A stretch of 64,000 nt of DNA from Schmidtea nova (lineage: Eukaryota), in contig CM097882.1 in assembly GCA_044892505.1 (NCBI GenBank), positions 376,712,001 to 376,776,000 of the forward strand, in the 5' to 3' direction. Shown here piece by piece: positions 39,001 through 51,544 of this stretch. The position numbers and the translations under genes are program-made. Numbering within the stretch: position 1 is the stretch's first letter; each line of letters begins with the position of its first letter. A model generated the notes under the pieces. That model was given only the letters and a program-made list of their open reading frames with translations. It had not been told where the DNA came from and did not search any database.

Positions 39001-40378
39001 TCCCAACATCCTTGATGTTAAAAAGGTGGTTCCTCGCATTATTAGAGCAAATTATTTTATTTGTTTTATTTTTAAGTTGCTAATCTTCATTTTTGTTTTA
39101 ATCATTAGAAAGTTACTAATACTTCACATATAGTTTTGTAATGTTTTTATGGAAGAAGAACATGTATCTTATCAAATTTAAAAAATCAAATATTTTATGG
39201 ATTATTAAAACATAATTATATTTTTTATTTATATTTAAATTATCTTAAAACCATTAAAATTATTAAAAATTTTTTTTCTTTTAAATTAATAGATTGCACT
39301 TAAGTGCATTTTCATTTAAAATTATTTTTATTACACAATATGTGTATTATTTATTTTTGAGCATTGCTCAATATTTGCTCCTTTCGTTTTCACAAATGTG
39401 CATTTTCGAGCTTTCGCTCGATATTTTCAAAGTTATTTTATTTATTATTATAACTGATTTATTAATTTAGAAACCCCAGAGGCGAAGACGACGATGGAAC
39501 CGGAACTCGCTCGACATGTCCCTCGCAACGAAATGCATTCTACTGGTCGGTCAATAGGTCATAAAACCGTTAGCCTATTACACTACTCCATTATGATTTA
39601 TCCATCACATTGATTGGGATCACGAATATTTTGGTTTATATTGTGCTTTTTATCCAGGTTCTTAATTTGGAACTTATTTTAGCCGTTAGAATTGTTTTTG
39701 ATATTTGTTATTTTTTATTGAAATTTATTATTTTAATTGGATTCAGCAAATATTAAATTCTTAGTTTATTAATAATTATTTATTGTTTATTTTTTACGAA
39801 TAAATTAACAGGAAGTACTTGATCTTTTCTATTCCACTATATAAAATTGTTAATATATACTACACAAATTTCTACAAAGGGGTTATGCAAAGAAATCGGT
39901 TTAGTAAATATAATTTCTTTGTATAATCTTTATATAAAAATTAATTAATTACATAATTAATTTAATAAATAAATTAAATCTTTTTTAGTACTTGCAATTG
40001 CACAATTGAAATTGGAAATCAAATGTTATTTATAATTTCCATTTTTATTTTAACGCAAAACAATGATTTCTTTAAAAATTCGGACTGACAAAATATAACA
40101 TCTATTAAATAATCTTTCTCTTTATCAATCACCATAAAAATAAAAGTAATCAAACAATCAATACAATAAAAATAAAATAAAATAGTAACATAATCAATAT
40201 TGTCATAATTGTCAATATAAATCACCAAATTGTCATCATCATAGTTATCTTGAATATTGTCATCAAATCAATTTTCTGTAGCTTATTTCTGGATATGTAT
40301 ATTTATTCTATATCTATCTGCCTCTATTGTGTAATATTTTAATTTTAATATTTTTAGGATTCTCCTATCTTCTAACAG

Positions 40379-40702
40379 ATGGATAAACGCAGTGGAAATA
40401 TCGACACTAATAGCAAGAGACAGATGCAACGACGAATAAGGCTGTTGGAGGGAGTAATTAACCGACAAACCGCCGAGATTGACGAAACCAGACGAAATCG
40501 AGGATTCACTATTGGCCTCGAACATGGAGAAATCCAAAGAACCTTTACCGAAAGAGTCAATGCCCGTTCCAATCTGGGCCATGAAAAGAAACCAATTAGG
40601 CGCGAAGTGACATCGAGAGCTGAGGGCGTTCGCAGAAAAAATGGGAATAGAGGTGAGTTTATTGAGCGGCCTGACGGAACTGCAGTTGATCAAAGTTATT
40701 AA
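40379..40702 (+). CDS. Small ORF (107 aa, coiled-coil-like) upstream of a PPT and LTR
   Basis: Open ORF after an acceptor-like ttctaacag, followed by AATAAA, then PPT-like aatagggaaa. No recognisable domain. Confidence 0.35.
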   Translation: MDKRSGNIDTNSKRQMQRRIRLLEGVINRQTAEIDETRRNRGFTIGLEHGEIQRTFTERVNARSNLGHEKKPIRREVTSRAEGVRRKNGNRGEFIERPDGTAVDQSY

Positions 40703-40885
40703 TACAAGCGTGTTTTTAAATTAAATAAATGTTTAGCTGAAATTTCTCTTTTGTCTGTAATAGTTTGCATGGATGGAAGTTTGATAATGTGAGAAGAGGA
40801 TAAATCAAACATTTAGATGGGACATAGGATAATTTTTAAGACCTTCTATCGGTCACGAACGAACCCGTAGTATTAATAGGGAAAT

Positions 40886-41030
40886 AGTAACTACCTAAGT
40901 TGCTCACCTGCCCTATTAATCTACACCGCTCGATATAGTACCAACATGAGGCGCAATTAGGGGCAAATCTTAGGTATCGGCGCGGAGTTAAACTTTTTAT
41001 GTTGGTAGGGTCACCCTAATCGGAACATCC
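40886..41030 (+). repeat. Truncated AGT-initiated LTR-like sequence
   Basis: Follows a purine tract. Clearly alignable (roughly two-thirds identity by eye) with 51375-51544. Confidence 0.55.
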
Positions 41031-41044
41031 AGTAAGATCTGTGT

Positions 41045-41230
41045 TACTCAAGCCAAACAAGCCAACAGTTTCCTCTGCTAAATGTCTCTGCTTGCTATTA
41101 CATGAGCTTGGTTATGTAAATTTGCATGCTCGAATTTATATTGCAATATCAACTACTGAATTTGCAATTCTTCTTAGCAAAAAGGTTTTAGGTGATTTGA
41201 CTGAAAAAGCAGTCAGTTTATATACTAAAC
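41045..41230 (-). pseudogene. Decayed RNase H-like fragment, copy 2
   Basis: Similar to 38750-38880. Minus-strand TDCFFSQIT...QIYIT...AETFSR resembles the end of the gypsy RNase H domain. Confidence 0.35.
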
Positions 41231-41281
41231 TTTAAGGCACTTAATCTTTCAATAATGATTGTTATTTTCCTTCTTAAGTTT

Positions 41282-43754
41282 ATTGAAATTGTTTTGAAAA
41301 TAGAGTTGTTTTGAAAATAGAGTTGTTTTGAAAATAGAATTATTTTAACTTTTTAATATTATTTTATTTTGCTGACCTTTGTAGGTTATAAATATAATTT
41401 ATTTAAACAAGCAGTAATTTATTTATTTTAATTTATTTAAACAATCTGTATTATTTATTTATTATTATTATAATTTGTTTTATTAAATTAAAATATTAAA
41501 ATATAAATGAAAGTATAAACTATTTTCCAAATAGTTTAAAAAATTAATTTACATAAAATATTTTTAAAAATATTTTCAAAATAAAATGTTCTTTCAAAAT
41601 TACATAAAATTTTGTACATCACCATTAAAAATGTCAATAAATATTCGCAAGATCACAAATTGATAAATTGTTAAATTATAAATTGTCATGCTAATACGTT
41701 GTCATGATGATAAATTACAAAACTTGATTGTCAACATATTAAAGATAAACTGTCAATATCAATAACAAAATGAGTTGTCAGGATCTCGAAGATAAATTGT
41801 TTTTGTCATCGGCACACAATATTCATATTTTATGATTTGTTTTGGGTTTGCTGTATTTATTCATCCCTATGCTATAATTTTCATCCAGCTTAAATACTTC
41901 TACCATTTTTTCTTTATCCAATATTACTCCTTGGGACGTTAATGTTATGTCCTCATAACCTTTTTCTACATAATAAATGTCCACTTCATTTTCTTTTATG
42001 ATTACTGTTGTTTCTTTCGTCTTGTTGTCGTACCTAACAATAGTTGCTTCTTGTGTAAGTTCTTCAATTGTTATTTGTGGTTCACTAGTTCCTAGTTTAT
42101 CTTCATCCATTTGTTTTATTTCATCTTCTATTTCCATAGCTCCTGTATACTCTGTTTGCCCTTCTGAGTTTAAATTATATTCTTCTACCGTTATATTTTT
42201 ATATAATTGTTTTCTAGTTTTTCTATTGCTATAAATGTTCTTTGTTTATGTGGGTTTCTTGTTATCGTCTGTATTCCACTTTCAATAGTCTTTTCCCATT
42301 CAGTTTCTGTTAAGAAGTATAGGAGTATTAGGCATGTATCACTTACATTAAAAGGTTCTGGCTGTAGTAATATATCGTTCAGTTTTGGTTTCGTTTTAAA
42401 TAGTTTGTATGCTTGATTATTTGGAAGGCCAGATTCGATAATTTAATTTTTTCTTTTGGAACATTGCTTACGAATGTCTTTATATAATCGGGATTGGATA
42501 GTTCTCTCACTCCCATTATATCATCCAAATCAATTGTTATGCTTTCTAGTTTTTTAATTATGTCATATCCAACTATTATCTTTCGGTATAAGTGTTTTTT
42601 GATATTCACCAAAGCTTTAAATTTGTCCATTTTACCTAAAATGTTTTCCCGATTGGCATTCGTTGTTTCTTGGTAGAATTTTTGTACTTTGGTTCTTGGT
42701 GTAATTTTGCTCTGAAATATATTATCATCTCTGTAATTTCTAATACATATATCTATGGGTCAAAAACTTCTACTAAAGTCTTTTATTACTTTTATGTCCA
42801 TAAATATAACTTTTTCTCTCCTTTTTTCAGCTGTTATCATCTGTTTGGTGAATGATATATTTTTGTGAATATAAATATTGTCTATGATAATGTTTGACAT
42901 AAAAGGCTCTAGCCCTTTAAGTTGGTTTTCTATTGTTGGCACAAAAAGAGTTTCGATTGCTATAACACAAGATATGTTGTGCGTTTGAATTATAATATTA
43001 TTGAATTCTGGTGACATTCTCCTATTTTTGACTGTTTTGAAGATCAATAATATATTGTTTCCTGTTGGTAAAATCTCTTCTTTATGTTTTAATGATATTA
43101 TTGTTTTTGTGGTATGTATAACTATTCTGTGTGAGATTTTTATGCCTTTCTCTGCATCGATATCTACGTTTCTAGTTTCTTCGAAATTGCTTATAAGCTC
43201 TTTTAATTTGAATATTCGTGATATATTAAATTTGTTGAGAAACATTTCTCTTTCTTCTGCGTCCACTTTTAATGCATTTGGTATGCAAACTTGGTGGGAA
43301 AATTTCCTAATGGTTACTTCTTCATTGTCTGTGTATATACTATTTTGTACTTTTTTGTAAAATGCTGTGTGAGGCTTGTATGTATTGCATCTGTATGGAC
43401 TTAATGATACTGACTTGGAATAGCTTGATGTGCTTGGTTGTTGAATTGGTTGATTGTTTGATATTGACTTTAATAATCTAAAAGAAAAAAATATTATATA
43501 ATTTATATTAATGCAACCTTTCTAGGTTATAAATATAAGTTGATTGAAATTGTTTTGAAAATAGAGTTGTTTTTAAAATAAAATTGTTTTCAAAATAGAA
43601 TTATTTTAACCTTGGAATATTATTTCATTTTGCTGACCTTTGTAGGCTATAAATATAATTTATTTAAACAAACAGTAATTTATTTATTTTAATTTATTTA
43701 AACAATCTGTATTATTTATTTATTATTATTATAATTTGTTTTATTAAATAAAAA
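41282..43754. repeat. Pair of about 210-bp AT-rich direct repeats (41282-41495, 43543-43754)
   Basis: Shared attgaaattgttttgaaaatagagttg...gctgacctttgtagg...aaacaatctgtatt. The pair brackets DEDD copy 2. Confidence 0.85.
41823..43477 (-). pseudogene. DEDD-exonuclease-like gene, copy 2 (catalytic motifs degenerate, disrupted ORF)
   Basis: Aligns with copy 1 (VIFMD/ILFMD, PIDICIRNY/PLSICLLDY, KITPR/IITPR, IVGYD/LVWHD, ETEWE/ESE*Q). In-frame TGA at 42762-42760, later stop and frameshifts. Acceptor-like site at 43478. Confidence 0.7.
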
Positions 43755-43975
43755 TACGGTATAAATTTTTTCGAGGATAAAAATAATTTTTTAAAAATGC
43801 AATGAAATACACCGAGAACAAATAAGGCCTTTACTCAATATAATTTAAATGATTAATACATTTATTATTTTAAATATATATTTATTTAAAATTATATACA
43901 TACTTATATTACCTGAGTAACGCCCTATCAAGCTTCTACTACAGGCGTATGAGTATCATAATTTCTATTATACTC

Positions 43976-43978
<3 letters not shown>

Positions 43979-44045
<67 letters not shown>
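43979..44045. repeat. (CT)n(AT)n microsatellite
   Basis: Direct reading. Confidence 0.95.
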
Positions 44046-44050
<5 letters not shown>

Positions 44051-44272
44051 ATTATCACAAAAAATCAATTAAATAGATTATTTTAACTAATATTTTATTT
44101 AGAATTTACATTTCATTTATTTTTCCAACGAAATTAATTTTAAAGTCTCTGAAACTAATGGATGAAAGAACATTAAAATTTAGCTTAATTTAGCAAAAAT
44201 TACTATTTGTTTTTATTTAAAATTTAGTAAGTTCGGGGAAAATAATAACACTAAAGATTTCTTTAACAGATT

Positions 44273-45790
44273 TTATTTATTTATTACAGCTTTGATGGTT
44301 TGATTTCTTTCTTTATATGTGACGACAACCTTCGTGACTTTCAATTCCTCGCCATTGAATATGATTACCTTGTCAACCTATATTTCTTCTTTTGTTTGAC
44401 TCTCTTTTTCATCGGTGTTTTGTTGTCTTAATATATTCCCCATTTCTACTATTGAGTTTTCGAATACATTAAGTTTTTTCTCAATTTGTATTTTTGCCTT
44501 TTGTTCATGAACTACGTGAATCTGCTCTACCGTGTGAATTTCTTGTTCCATTTGTTGAATTTCTGTCCTCCTTTTATTGTTTGGTTCATTCATCTGCTCA
44601 CTGGTTGTTGGAGCTTTTCTCTTCCTGTAATCTTCTAATGAATATTTTCTTTTGCTGGCTGTCTCCTCACATTCCACATCATCCTGTCATTCACTTTCTA
44701 AAGCCAAATAAATTCTCCGAATTGCTTCCGTATCTTCCATTGCTGAATGTTTTCCTTTTTGCATTTTTATGTCGCATACTTCTTCCACGACTATCGATAA
44801 TTTTAACCATTGCCCATTGATGGTTAATTTTCTCTTCAATAGGGCTTTAGCTCGAGCTAGATCATGGATACCCCACAATTCATGCACATTGGCACCGCAA
44901 TACAACAATTTATTTCTTAAATCGTGCCAAACTAAAATATTTCTGGCCGTTAACTCTCTAATTTTCTTTGCACTCAGATACTGGTCTTCCTGATTTCTGG
45001 CCATTTTCTCGGAAATTCCGTGTATTTGAGTAACGAAATCTTTTAACTTTTCCCGTGGGGTTATTATAGAATTATACCATATCTTTCCGGTATAATCTAA
45101 CAAACATATTGAAAGTGGTACCATTTGACTTTTCTCATTCACCCCATATTCCACATCCATGAATAGGATGTTTTTTCTAATTTCTTCTTTCGTCATCGGC
45201 TTTCTTAAAAATGATTTTCTGTATCTTAGCATTTCTTCTGTTATTGTAAGTAGTTTACTTTCCTCCTCCTTAGATATTATTCGTTCCAGTGTAGGAATTT
45301 TTGGAGCTTGTCTCCGGCATTCTAATGCAACGCAAGCGGTTCCATTGGCTGCCCGCATTTTCTTATACCATATTTCTTTGGCAATCTTCCACGATGAATT
45401 AGCCGTCATTGTTCCCAGGATAGTTCCATCATTTTCTAAAATTTCTATTCTTCCTTTAAAAACATGGATCTCCCATGTCTCTTCGTTTATCCTTATCAGT
45501 AATTCTGAAAAATTTGTGTTGGATTTCCATTCCAACTTTACAATAAATATTCTCATTTCTTCATTCCCTAACCTCGCCCAATTCGGAATTTTCAAATTTT
45601 CTTTTATCACGATAATTTTCTCCGTATAATTTCTTCTTTCATGATAATACTTCTCGTATAACCTCGTTGGCTTCTCTATTTCTCAATTTTCCTCTTCGTT
45701 TGCTTTTGATTTGATTCTCTTTTTTTGTAATTTCCAAGTCAAATTTTGAAAACAACCGCCAATATTTATACCCAAAATTCCATCCAACAT
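44273..45790 (-). pseudogene. REX4/ISG20-like DEDDh 3'-5' exonuclease gene, copy 1; single frame of 506 codons with 3 in-frame stops
   Basis: ExoI FMDVE, TQIHGI, ExoII-region LVWHDLRNK, ExoIII HSAMED. ATG at 45790. ORF-track pieces 44687-45610 and 44378-44677 are in the same frame. Confidence 0.85.
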
Positions 45791-45924
45791 TAGTGTGTAA
45801 TTATTATTTTAACCACTCAAATTATCTATTATATAATTACGCTCATCACTGATTCACTGACTGATTCACTGACTGATTCTAAAACGCTCGCTGATTGGTT
45901 GATTCTAACACTATCATAAAAAAA

Positions 45925-46106
45925 TAAAAGGCGAAAGATTATAGGGAGACATTTGGGATAAAAGGCGAAAGATTATAGAGAAACATAGGGAAACATTTAG
46001 GAAAAAAAGACGAAAGATTATATGGAAAGATTTAGGATAAAAGGCGAAAGATTATAGAAAAACATTTAGGATAAAAGGCGAAAGATTATAGGGCAACGTT
46101 TAGGAT
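45925..46106. repeat. About 34-bp tandem repeat, 5 units
   Basis: Unit taaaaggcgaaagattatagggagacatttggga, upstream of the DEDD1 start and of CCAAT-like/tgattcactga repeats. Confidence 0.88.
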
Positions 46107-46128
46107 AATAGTAATTGTAAGGTAATTG

Positions 46129-46407
46129 TAAGGCGCCCGTTGACAAATCATAAAATAAATGAACAATTTGATGTACGAAATTATTATTAAAAATTCAATT
46201 TCTTTTATTCTTAAGCAATTGAAAATTATTTCTGTTATATATATATGGAATGGCAAAAAAATTGTTTTTATTGAAGAACGTCTTGAAAAACTACATTCCG
46301 TGTGAATTGTCTTTGATCATTCAATAAATTTCCTTGCAGTGGATTCGATTCAATAAGCACCTTCACTTGACTTGCAACTCTTGATTAATTTGTCAACGGG
46401 CGCCTTA
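46129..46407. mobile_element. MITE with taaggcgcccgttgacaaat TIRs
   Basis: About 20-bp inverted ends around a non-coding core. TSD ambiguous. Confidence 0.65.
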
Positions 46408-46564
46408 GGCGCCTTACATTTACCTAGTATTAAAATAATTTAAATTTTTACCAATAACTTTTATAATGTAAGATCATTAGTTGTCTACGAGAGCACAGTC
46501 AACTAAAGAAGGATGAAAGAAATAATACTCTACTGTCACTAACATGCAATAAAATAGTATCTTA

Positions 46565-47636
46565 CTACACCATTGTCTCTAACCGCATTGATGCTTGCGG
46601 CTCACAGTAACTCAGATCAACCATATGATAGTTCTTTTTGTCAGTCTTTGAGATGATAATGATGTAAATGAGTAGAACCCCACTTGGAATTGTCATGATT
46701 ACGCATATGAAAAATATATCTACACAATTGCCATTCGAAGAGTTTTTTCTACAGATTATATATGAATTTCCTTCCATCATCGGTTCAATTTCAACGAAAT
46801 TTCTCCACTCTTTTGTCCACACTTGAATTTGGATTAGATTGTACTCAAGCAACATTTTCATCTCTTTTTCTTTCCAAACGATTTCAAAAGATTTTTTCAA
46901 TTATATTTATAATAAATAAATCATTTCTATTCAATACTACTGCAAAATTTGGAATGTAATAAAATTTATTGTTCAATAATTTTTAAATAAAATACTAATA
47001 ATAACTAAAATCATTTTGTCTTTCGAAGAGTTCTATTTCTTTTAATTAACATTTGACAGCATACTAATAGCTTCTCATCTGATTTAATTTCACTTCATCA
47101 CAAATTGAGAATTCACTACCCACACCTGATAAGTAAATTCTATTTTTTAATTCTCCATGTAGGAATGCTACAAGCAAATAAGATTTTATTAATAGAAATT
47201 GATCTCCAATTGACAAGTTGGTCTTTGGCAACCGGAAATCCTGACCGATGATAACAAGAGTTGAAATGAGCAAGCTCCATGACAGTCCGTATTGATTGAT
47301 TTCTGGTGCTGGCGAATAATCGTTTAATCGAGATTGATTGTGATCCAATGTATTGGTTTGTAGATTTTTTGAGTTATACATTTCAGATTTGTCTGGATAG
47401 TATATTAATATTGATCCAGTTGTTGACAAGCATCTTCTAGTTTGTACGGCTTCTTTACGCATTCCAGCAGCGAAACATTTCTGCAATCTACGGAACTGGC
47501 AATTGTTTCTTCTTTGAATATCGACTACATAATCTCCACTAGAGTAGAACTGATAATTGTTGTCATTTGATGAAAACGAGTCGCTGTGAATGTCTTGAGT
47601 GAATTGGCATATCGAATCATTGTTAACAGCTTGCAT
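46565..47636 (-). pseudogene. Nuclear hormone receptor pseudogene (NR2 group, most like NR2F/COUP-TF)
   Basis: RRNNCQFRRLQKCFAAGMRKEAVQ (second zinc finger and T-box), LSIGDQFLLIK (LBD signature), C*LKEIELF, and SS..VDIFF...TIPSGVLL (helix 11-12-like). Cys losses, stops, first finger absent. Confidence 0.8.
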
Positions 47637-47917
47637 TTTTTTCGATCAGCGTGAAAAAAGTGAAAAAATGTAAATATTAAAACAACATCTAATTTAATCC
47701 ATTTAATAATTAATTAATTTAAAAGATTGAAAATTTAATCTAAGGCACTACACTCCATTTGACCCAATACGATTTCCACATTTGAAATAAATAACACTGA
47801 CATAGACAATCACTGGAATGCAAATAAAATTCTTTATATATGAACTATTGTACTCAAAATGATGTCTAATTATTTCTTCTTTATGTTTACTTTCGGAAAA
47901 CTTTAACTGGATCCATA

Positions 47918-48526
47918 TCAATTTAAAATCACATATAAAACAATCACATATTCAAATCTTGCCTCAATAGTACATACATGGTTTTTGAGCTCTATGCTTT
48001 CATCTTGAGCTTCCCTAACTTCAAACATAAATTTATTATCTTTCAATTTTTCATTGTTTTTGGTACTTGACATCAACTCATTATTGTAAATTGGTAAATT
48101 AATATCAACAGTATTCTGTGTGAAGGTTATGAGTTCATATGGAATGGATTCACTGAAAACAATTGTGGAATGAGTATTAAATGTTTTTATATTCGATAAA
48201 TTTAGAATAACACGATTATGGTTATCAAATACAATTTCTTCTTCTTTCACGGAAACAAATTGAGGTGGGACACAGCATTTATTAACAAAGTAAACATTTC
48301 CACTTTTTTTAAAACAGCTCAATTCATACTGAAAACTTTGCAACTTAACAACTGTATCATCTGACCAAAACTCGTTTTCTAAACTTCCATTCTTTAATTT
48401 AAACATCTTTCTTGTTGATAAACTTTTTCGATTATTCGTATCATAACAACCTAAGAAAGGATTCATTTCATTATCACAAGATTGATCACTACTTTTATAG
48501 CAAGATTCATTGTAATCTTTAATCAC
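47918..48526 (-). CDS. Unassigned 202-aa ORF directly downstream of the gag relic
   Basis: Open ORF with no motif recognised. Its position suggests retroelement origin. Confidence 0.3.
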   Translation of the reverse strand: MIKDYNESCYKSSDQSCDNEMNPFLGCYDTNNRKSLSTRKMFKLKNGSLENEFWSDDTVVKLQSFQYELSCFKKSGNVYFVNKCCVPPQFVSVKEEEIVFDNHNRVILNLSNIKTFNTHSTIVFSESIPYELITFTQNTVDINLPIYNNELMSSTKNNEKLKDNKFMFEVREAQDESIELKNHVCTIEARFEYVIVLYVILN

Positions 48527-48544
48527 TTTATTCTCAATTAATTG

Positions 48545-49070
48545 CTATTCAACCTTTGAAACTTTTCTTATTAAATCAAATATATCTTTAAACTCAGTTA
48601 CACAAGTTGTTTCTTTCAAAGTTTTATTAATACCATGTAAAAATTTATCGATTATAAGATTTTTAACATTATTATTGTCAACTGAGTTTACTCCAAATGA
48701 CTTTTTAGCTAATGGAATTAATTCATACCAATAATCAAGAACAGGTTCATCATATTTTTGTTTTCTTTCATAAATGATTCTTCTCATAATTCTTTTAACT
48801 TCTTTGCATACCAATTTATCTTCCATCGCATCATTTAATTTTGTCCACTCATTTTCAATTTTCTTTTTGTCAATCATAGACTATGCATCACGAGCAACTG
48901 CAGTTAAGTATATCGGAAATCTCTGTATAAGTTTTGCCTCTGTTCACCCATAAGATGTAGCATACATATGATATTCATTCATAAAATCGAAAAATGAAAA
49001 TGGATCTCCTTTGTATTGATCTATCGGTAATCTTTGATCTATCGGTAAATGATAATCATAAAAATTAATC
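48545..49070 (-). pseudogene. Decayed LTR-retrotransposon gag
   Basis: YKGDPFSFFDFMNEY...SYG*TEAKL...RKQKYDEPVLDYWYELIPLA...IIDKFLHG capsid-like pattern with stops. Possible LTR end and PBS (aca-ttggtat) near 49143-49152. Confidence 0.65.
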
Positions 49071-50649
49071 AAACAAACCCAATCAATTGATAAGTAAAAG
49101 AAGCCCTCTGATTGTTTGATTGAGATACAGTACTGGTATAAATACCAATGTCTGATTTAGTTCTTGTAGAATTGTTTATAGACTTTTGTGTGATTTAGAA
49201 TTTGAGTTGTACCCTTAAAATTTTAGTACAGGTATAATTTGAGTTGTTTGTTTGTTATTCCTTCTATATATTTTGCGGAAAAACACTCATATCCAAAGTT
49301 TGATTCAAAATCCTTAAGGTGCGTCCCAGTGGTTGTAAAACACGGGGTGAAAAGCCTCTCGTCCGTGACTCCCTCGGGGTTGGGTCAATGCGGCAACATG
49401 CCTCAATTCATGGTAGGAAATATATTTGCACAGGGGGCATTTGAGTTTTTCAATAATACCTAGGGTATTTGATCATTTTTTGAATTTAATTGTATTGAAT
49501 TAAACAGACCTAGGGTATTTGAGCGTTTTGAATTTCATATACATAGGGCACACGAATATTTTGAATAAGGCACATAGAGTAATTGCACATTTTTGCATTG
49601 AGCATGCCTAGGGCATTCAATTACTGTTGAGATGAATTTGAGTGAGTGTTTAGCTCCAGAATAGGAATATGTTTGCTACCCAGATAATTTGAGTTTCCAT
49701 TTGCGGTAGTCTAAGATATTTGGTTTTTATAACATAGGCATGTGAATGTTTATGTGATTTGCACTTGATTTTTGCATTCCATTTTAGTATTTAATTTTAA
49801 CATTTAATACACATTGGGCATTTGATAAGTTTTAGAATATAGCATTCAATGCTGAGAACAATTGAACAACCGACCAGCTCCGGGAGCTAAATGCCAACGA
49901 AGTTTGGTGGAAGGGCGGGCCCCTTTGGCCATCCCCCGATATGAAACCATCATCGTCAAGTATTCCGCCATGGTATATCATAATATGCGACGAGGCTTGA
50001 ACCCCTCGGTGGCTGATCCACTTCAGATTCATCGCAACAGAGCCTAAATGTTCTCGGGTTTATCCTGCTCGATAACCATAGGCACATCGGGACATCCACA
50101 GCTTCTAAAACCTTCCATTCGAGTTCCACGAGTAGTGACGGGCACGATCAAAATGGGCCATAGACATCCGTATCCGAGAGATTTCTATCTATCAGTAGGT
50201 CTTAAGCTGAAAACCGAACACAGCTATCAACACGGCTGGTGGAATTCCACGAGACGACGCCGAGCTCTCGCAAGAGCTGATCGACAAAGACGAAGCAGAA
50301 AATACGGATGAAGTAGTGTAATGAATAAATAAAATGTCATGTTATTACTGAGTTTTGTTTGCCTTTATGATCGTTATCCATTCGAATTAATTTAGTCAAT
50401 TTAGATTTTTTTATTTTCGTTAAAAAGGGAGTATTCGATGCTGACTTTCTATACGTTTTTGTTTGCAATAAATATTACGATGAAATACAGACAAAAACTG
50501 TACCATCAACGATAAATAAAACATTCAGTTATGTTAGGAAAGTGTGAATAGCACCCAAAAGCCAATGGAAAGCACCTATAACAGGACAGGGAAAGTGTAG
50601 ATCTAACTGTCTACCCTTAGTACGAGGCAAAAACTATTCATTAAACCTT

Positions 50650-51200
50650 TTTTTAATAGAAATGAATCAAAGAGCGAAGATTTTCCCAAGTGCCAGCAGG
50701 AATTACGTGCTCTGAAGCGTGAAAATCGTGTATTAATAGGAAATATTGTTCAGTACATTCGAGTAAACGATGAACTTCAGAGTACGTGGTTCACTCCGGC
50801 CAGTATGAAGACCGCCCTTCAAAGGATTGATAGGCTAAACCAATTCGTCCCCGACTAATCTACCGAGTTGATGGCCACGAAAAGTGAACTGATTAGATGC
50901 CTTCGTTTGATGACGGCGGAATATGTATTACAGAATTTGAAAGATCAAATAAGACCCATCATGCTCAAAAAAGAGGCATCCCAACAACCATCAGTTAAAG
51001 ATAAGCAAACAGATTTCCCGACAATCACCGATAGAGTTTCGCTACCATCAATAACAGTAACACATCTTCCGGATGACATAACACTTAAAGCAAAACGTAA
51101 AAATCGAATGGACGCGAACGTCGAGCATTCGCAGAAAAACTTGAGATACAAGTCGATCTGCTCAGCGGCTTTATCGAAAAGCAGCTTCAAGACCTCATAA
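50650..51200 (+). pseudogene. Small ORF with one internal stop, upstream of a PPT and LTR
   Basis: Acceptor-like tttttttaatag, coiled-coil-like CQQELRALKRENR, in-frame TAA, then ORF 50868-51200 and AATAAA. Confidence 0.3.
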
Positions 51201-51374
51201 ATCCAAATTTGTTTTGAGAAATAAATGTATTATTCATGATTAAGTTTTGTTTTCAGTAAATTATTAAGTTCAAGCAATTAGGTGGTATTTTCAATTTAGT
51301 TTGATTTTTATTTAGAAAACGATATATTGTGGTCTTCCATCGACCAAGGACCCTAGTATGTGAAAGAGGGGAAT

Positions 51375-51544
51375 AGTAATCACCTCGATTGTTCACCTGC
51401 CCCATTGACATACACCGGTTGATGCAGTACCAAAGTGAGATACGACAAAGGGTATTTCACGGGCATCATCGCGGAGGTAATATTTTTTATGTTGGTGGAA
51501 TTATCTAACAAAAACCAACTAAATTAAACATCATCTACCACGAC
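51375..51544 (+). repeat. AGT-initiated LTR-like sequence interrupted by the hAT element
   Basis: PPT aaagaggggaa at 51363-51373. Similar to 40886-41030. Confidence 0.6.

Noticed and set aside
41823-45790. TGA read as Trp (alternative genetic code) in the DEDD genes
   Set aside because: TGG is used for Trp throughout, and a TAG stop and frameshifts also occur, so ordinary decay explains the stops.
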